Of a stretch of 64,000 nucleotides of DNA, positions 59,834-64,000 are shown piece by piece. The position numbers were made by a program, and so were the translations under genes. Positions within the stretch are counted from its first letter, which is position 1. Every line of letters begins with the position of its first letter. The stretch covers positions 131,776 through 195,775 of the forward strand of contig JBITAJ010000003.1 of assembly GCA_044440125.1 (NCBI GenBank), in the 5' to 3' direction. The notes under the pieces were generated by a model. It was given only the letters and a program-made list of their open reading frames with translations, was not told where the DNA came from and ran no database searches. This DNA comes from Sedimentisphaeraceae bacterium JB056. GTDB taxonomy: Bacteria; Planctomycetota; Phycisphaerae; Sedimentisphaerales; Sedimentisphaeraceae.

Positions 59834-61018
59834 ATGCAGAATAAAATACCCAGAGTTATATTGCTTATTGAAGATTCAAGTTCATATTGCCGTGATCTAA
59901 TAAGGGGAATATCACGTTATTCACATCTTAAAGGTCCATGGACAATCTATCGCGACATTCATAACTCATCCTACAGCCATGGAAGAAGTTACAGAAAAGA
60001 ATTCTACGACCACCTAAGTAAAATCAACGCAGATGGATTAATCACCAGGAGCCCAAAAAGAAGTAAACATATAACGGATAGAGGCATACCCACAATAACG
60101 GCAAGAACAGAAGTCAATCTGGACGAAAACATGCCAAGGCTTGATATAAATCATATCGAGGTAGGTAAAATTGGTGCCGAATATTTCATGCAAAAAGGCT
60201 ATAAAAGTTTCGCTTTCTACGGCAACCTGAACTATTACTGGGCATCCCAAAGACATAAAGGCTTTGCAGAAAGATTGAATGAAGCAGGATTCAGTGCATC
60301 TTGGTATCGCCACCCTTCATTGAAAACAATAAGCGAAAAGGGTTTTGAATACAAACTCAACAATCTTGCCGACTGGCTTAAAACACTCCCAAAACCCACA
60401 GCAATAATGGCTTGCAGTGATGCGTGGGCCACTAATGTCATAGAATCAGCCAAAATAGCAAACATACATATCCCCGAACAACTTGCCCTGCTTGGAGTGG
60501 ATAATGATGAACCAATTTGCGAAAGCTGTTTTCCCAGGCTCTCAAGCATACAGCTAAACGGTGAATTAGGCGGCTATAAAATGGCTGAACTTCTCGACAA
60601 GTTAATGAAAGGCGAGAAACAATGCGGCCAGAAAATCCTTGTAAGTCCTGTTCGGGTAATAACAAGGACATCAACCGATATAATGGTGGTTGAGGATGAA
60701 GATGTAGCGCATTCACTGCAATTTATACGGACAAACCAGCGAAATCTTATTCAGGTAGTGGATGTAGCCGAGGCTGTCGGCGTATCACTCCGCACACTTC
60801 AGAATAAATTCAGGGAAAGTCTCGACAGAACCATACTTGAAGAAATCAAAAATACAAGAATCAGCTATGCCAAAGAACTTCTTCTCAATTCAGATATGAA
60901 TGTATCGGAAATCTCAGACTATATGAATTTCCCCGGCATAAACAGTTTCAGCAGATATTTCAAAACAGAAACATCTCTATCACCAATGGAATACCGAAAA
61001 CAATACGGCAGATTTTAG
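59834..61018 (+). CDS. XylR-like activator (LacI-type sugar-binding domain + AraC HTH)
   Basis: LIRGISRY..GPW, WLKTLPKPTAIMACSD, IPEQLALLGVDND, LSSI, C-terminal AraC (SLRTLQNKF, FSRYFK..SP.EYR). Confidence 0.92.
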   Translation: MQNKIPRVILLIEDSSSYCRDLIRGISRYSHLKGPWTIYRDIHNSSYSHGRSYRKEFYDHLSKINADGLITRSPKRSKHITDRGIPTITARTEVNLDENMPRLDINHIEVGKIGAEYFMQKGYKSFAFYGNLNYYWASQRHKGFAERLNEAGFSASWYRHPSLKTISEKGFEYKLNNLADWLKTLPKPTAIMACSDAWATNVIESAKIANIHIPEQLALLGVDNDEPICESCFPRLSSIQLNGELGGYKMAELLDKLMKGEKQCGQKILVSPVRVITRTSTDIMVVEDEDVAHSLQFIRTNQRNLIQVVDVAEAVGVSLRTLQNKFRESLDRTILEEIKNTRISYAKELLLNSDMNVSEISDYMNFPGINSFSRYFKTETSLSPMEYRKQYGRF

Positions 61019-61032
61019 AATCAACTCTTTAA

Positions 61033-61398
61033 CTATCGCTCCTGTTGGCTGGGACTGTAGCCGCACTCAGGGCATTTATCAGCATAGCTGTTTTTTACAG
61101 CCCCCCTGAAAAAAACATGTCCGCATTTGCCACATTCTATAGCTCTGTAAGCCATTTTGCCGCATTCTTCACACTCAAATGGTCTTTCTTCATTGTTATA
61201 TTTTTCTGCAATAGTAGTAAAATACTCTGCCTTATCCATGCGTTTTACAAAATCGCATGATGCACATTTGAGTACAACCTGTTCACCTTTATAATCTTCA
61301 ATGCCAGAAGAATCGCTTCCCGTCTTCATAAAGACAAACACGGAAAGTATCAAGCATACGGCAATTATAGCTAAAGATATAACCTTCTTTTTATCCAT
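61033..61398 (-). CDS. Small membrane-anchored protein with four CxxC motifs
   Basis: N-terminal TM helix; CASC, CEEC, CGKC, CPEC; GGA RBS. Confidence 0.8.
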   Translation of the reverse strand: MDKKKVISLAIIAVCLILSVFVFMKTGSDSSGIEDYKGEQVVLKCASCDFVKRMDKAEYFTTIAEKYNNEERPFECEECGKMAYRAIECGKCGHVFFRGAVKNSYADKCPECGYSPSQQER

Positions 61399-61420
61399 AT
61401 CAAATCCTGGAGTAAATCAA

Positions 61421-62224
61421 TCAATAGTCCTTAAAGTTTTCCATCCATGGAGCCTCTCTACTCCAGTTAGGCATCCTTACATTGGTATTATAACCCGGAT
61501 GCCACTTAAGCCGCCATAGCTCTTTCAAACCTACCTTACGGGCAGAACCATCAGCAAAAAGCATATCAATATTCTCATCATGCCTGTCAAGACAGAACCT
61601 GCCCATCTCAAATTCTGAACCTGAATTTTTGTGTCCATCATACTCAGGTGGAGAATTAGTTTCAAGAGGTCTTCCGCCTATGAACCAGTTGCCGCCCATC
61701 ACAGGTACATTGGCCGCATTACGCATATCTCTTTTTCTCCAGTACATGCCGCTGCCGCCGTAAGGAACAGTATCTTTTGGCGGATTGCATATCCAGGAAT
61801 TTATACCATAGCTACCATAAGCACCTTTGACATCCCAGTTATTGCCTGAAGTTCCCGGAAACATTCCCCAAGCATGATTCTTGTCACCAAGTACTGTCTC
61901 ACCACTGCCGACAATTACATCTGAATTAATAGGTTTGGAAGCTGAAGGGCAAACCATAACCTTGGCATCCTGATAATAAGATTCAAGAACCGTTATCCAT
62001 GGCTTTTCTTTTCCGCTGAAACGACCTTCATGATAACGACCATTGTTGTCATCGGTATACATCCCCCATACAAGACTCCATTGTTTGAGATTTGACAGGC
62101 AAACAACATTCTTGGAAGCCTCACGGGCACGCTTAAGCGACGGCATCATAATAGACATAAGCAACGCTATTATTGAGATCACAACAAGCAATTCAATCAG
62201 AGTAAATGCTTTTTTATTTTTCAT
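61421..62224 (-). CDS. Prepilin-type N-terminal methylation + H-X9-DG domain protein (DUF1559-like)
   Basis: KA|FTLIELLVVISIIALLMSIMMPSL...CLSNLKQW; CPSA; SYGIN; H-DENIDMLFA-DG. Confidence 0.92.
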   Translation of the reverse strand: MKNKKAFTLIELLVVISIIALLMSIMMPSLKRAREASKNVVCLSNLKQWSLVWGMYTDDNNGRYHEGRFSGKEKPWITVLESYYQDAKVMVCPSASKPINSDVIVGSGETVLGDKNHAWGMFPGTSGNNWDVKGAYGSYGINSWICNPPKDTVPYGGSGMYWRKRDMRNAANVPVMGGNWFIGGRPLETNSPPEYDGHKNSGSEFEMGRFCLDRHDENIDMLFADGSARKVGLKELWRLKWHPGYNTNVRMPNWSREAPWMENFKDY

Positions 62225-62283
62225 AATAGTTCCTCAATAGGACAAATATTCTATTAACTTAGCATAACATAATATAGTAAATT

Positions 62284-63528
62284 TTACAAGTAAACGACTT
62301 TACCTTCAAGTCGAGATTTTTCGGCTGCAAACACCATAAGATGCGATTCAAGAGTTTCTTGCGGTCCGGAAAGTATTGCATTATCATTTTTAGTTGATAT
62401 GGCTTCAACAAAACTTTCCATAAGCCCGTTGTCACCACCGCCATGGCCGCCTACAATTCCGCTTCCGGCAGCTCCGACAACAATCTCTTCCTCAGTATCA
62501 GTAAGAAAATCGTATATTTTTATAGTATTACCATCCCCTGTAATCTGACCTCTGGTGCCAAAAAGAGTGGTTTTTCTATGCGAAAACGGAGTAAATGCAG
62601 TCATTGTAAACGAAGCAGTAACACCATTTTCAAATTCCATATTAACAACCTGATGATCTACAACATCATTATCACATTCATAAACACACCTGCCGTAAGG
62701 CCCCGTCTTGAGTGATTCAAGGATACCTTCCTCTGAAATATCAGTTGTGATATAAGAAACGGGCCACTGCGTATGACCTTCTCTGAACATACCAAGATAT
62801 ATCTTTTTAGCAGAATAAGGACAATTACTCTCCGCTTTGCATTCAAGACATCTATCTGCCGCACCTTCAGGCTTAGACGATTTCTTAAAATGTTTGAGAT
62901 TGCCAAATGATGATATTTTATTGCATTTGGCTGCGGCAAAATATCTTATCCAGTCAAGATCGTGACAGGATTTTCCCATAAGCATGAAAGTTGATTCTTT
63001 CTCATTTCGCCAGTTGCCGCGAACGTATGAATGAGCCTGATGCCAGTACCCAACCGGTTCAAGACACTGAATACTTACTATTTCACCAATCCTGCCGTTA
63101 TCAACAAGTTCTCTAACCTTCTTAGTATAAGGTGTATACCGGAGAACATGAGCCACCGCAAATAGGTTTTTGTTGGTCTTCACCGAATCGACAATTTTTT
63201 CACACTCATCAACGGTAGTCGCCATAGGCTTCTCAAGCAGGATATCATACCCCAATCTCGAATATTCCACTGCTGGCTGAGTATGCATCTTATCCTGAGT
63301 AGCAATTATAACCGCATCTGCTATTTTGCCGCAATTTATAGTATCTTTCCAATCAGTAAAGACATACTGCTGCTTGATAGAATGCTGCTCGGCAATCAGG
63401 TTGCGATAGTAATCGCGAGGTTCTGCCACCGCTACAACATCAGCCTTTCCAGGATTATCCAGAGCGTATTTGGCATAAGCACGACCTCTTTGGCCGGCTC
63501 CTATTACTAATAATTTTAACTTTTTCAT
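62284..63528 (-). CDS. Gfo/Idh/MocA family NAD(P)-dependent oxidoreductase
   Basis: LVIGAGQRG, ILLEKPMA, HVLRY, HSYVRGNWR, KSCHDLD, GHGGGD. Confidence 0.92.
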   Translation of the reverse strand: MKKLKLLVIGAGQRGRAYAKYALDNPGKADVVAVAEPRDYYRNLIAEQHSIKQQYVFTDWKDTINCGKIADAVIIATQDKMHTQPAVEYSRLGYDILLEKPMATTVDECEKIVDSVKTNKNLFAVAHVLRYTPYTKKVRELVDNGRIGEIVSIQCLEPVGYWHQAHSYVRGNWRNEKESTFMLMGKSCHDLDWIRYFAAAKCNKISSFGNLKHFKKSSKPEGAADRCLECKAESNCPYSAKKIYLGMFREGHTQWPVSYITTDISEEGILESLKTGPYGRCVYECDNDVVDHQVVNMEFENGVTASFTMTAFTPFSHRKTTLFGTRGQITGDGNTIKIYDFLTDTEEEIVVGAAGSGIVGGHGGGDNGLMESFVEAISTKNDNAILSGPQETLESHLMVFAAEKSRLEGKVVYL

Positions 63529-63864
63529 TTCAGTATGTTCTTATAAATTTCAATGTCCCAATTACTATTACATTTTAATACACGGCTCACGAAACCACCA
63601 TACCAAAATATGCAAATAATTTAGCATTTTGCGCAAAACATCTTCAGGAATTAGTAATAGATAGCTATAAAGATAAGAGCTGATTTGTAATATTAACCCG
63701 CGCATACATGCAAAATCATTATATATCTTATCCGACTGACATTAACACTAAAAGATGCATTTAAACAAATCAACAAGCTATGTGAGATAAAATCAATGTT
63801 TTGAGCAGAAAAAGAAAAAGCCTCAAAATCACTAAAGCTAAGCAATTTCAAGGCTTTATAAAAA

Positions 63865-63906
63865 CACACCCGCCAAGATTCGAACTTGGGACCTACGGAT
63901 TAGAAA
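63865..63906 (-). other. 3' half of tRNA-Arg(TCT); att-like site
   Basis: Minus strand: anticodon loop TT-TCT-AA, TCCGTAGGTC, T-arm CCAAG-TTCGAAT-CTTGG, acceptor strand CGGGTGT + G; no 5' half. Confidence 0.8.
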
Positions 63907-63912
63907 CACGAA

Positions 63913-64000
63913 TCTCTGGTTTCGTAAGTATCTACTAATAAATGATTAACAACTGATATTAAAAGACTTATAATTTCAACCGTAGCACAGTCGAAGCTCA
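63913..64000. repeat. Copy 2 of the ~88-bp direct repeat (truncated by the window edge)
   Basis: 80/88 identical to 45871..45958. Confidence 0.9.

Noticed and set aside
61033..61398. c-type cytochrome
   Set aside because: No CxxCH motif (the closest is CGKCGH).
978..63510. Many short ORFs (60-170 aa) overlapping long genes on the opposite strand or in other frames
   Set aside because: They lie inside well-supported CDSs and have no recognisable motifs; treated as shadow ORFs.
45823..63906. Functional tRNA genes at 45.8 and 63.9 kb
   Set aside because: Only the anticodon loop to discriminator is present; there is no D-arm or 5' acceptor strand, so these are att-type fragments.

Overview
This AT-rich window is almost entirely a carbohydrate-utilisation island. 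It is probably from a planctomycete of the Phycisphaerae type (inference from several prepilin-type/H-X9-DG proteins, C-terminal dockerin-like tags, a PEP-CTERM protein and LamG/FG-GAP secreted proteins). It resolves into four PUL-like modules (about 1-12.7, 13.1-30.9, 32.1-45.8 and 48.5-63.5 kb). Each has a sugar-responsive regulator (GntR/LacI hybrid, LacI, LacI, XylR-like), exactly one prepilin-type protein, several secreted lectin-like or dockerin-tagged proteins and glycoside hydrolases (GH36, GH106-like, GH63-like, DUF4091). A sulfatase, an SSS symporter and two oxidoreductases are also present. No SusC/SusD or TonB-dependent receptor is visible. Secreted domains are heavily duplicated and shuffled between neighbouring genes and carry different C-terminal anchors. 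Modules 2-4 are separated by mobile-element scars: an internally deleted integrase-core IS with terminal inverted repeats, a tyrosine-recombinase remnant, two URO-D-family gene remnants, and two att-like sites in which the same ~88-bp arm abuts 3' halves of two different tRNAs (Asp-GTC and Arg-TCT). All family calls come from motif recognition by eye; no database search was run.
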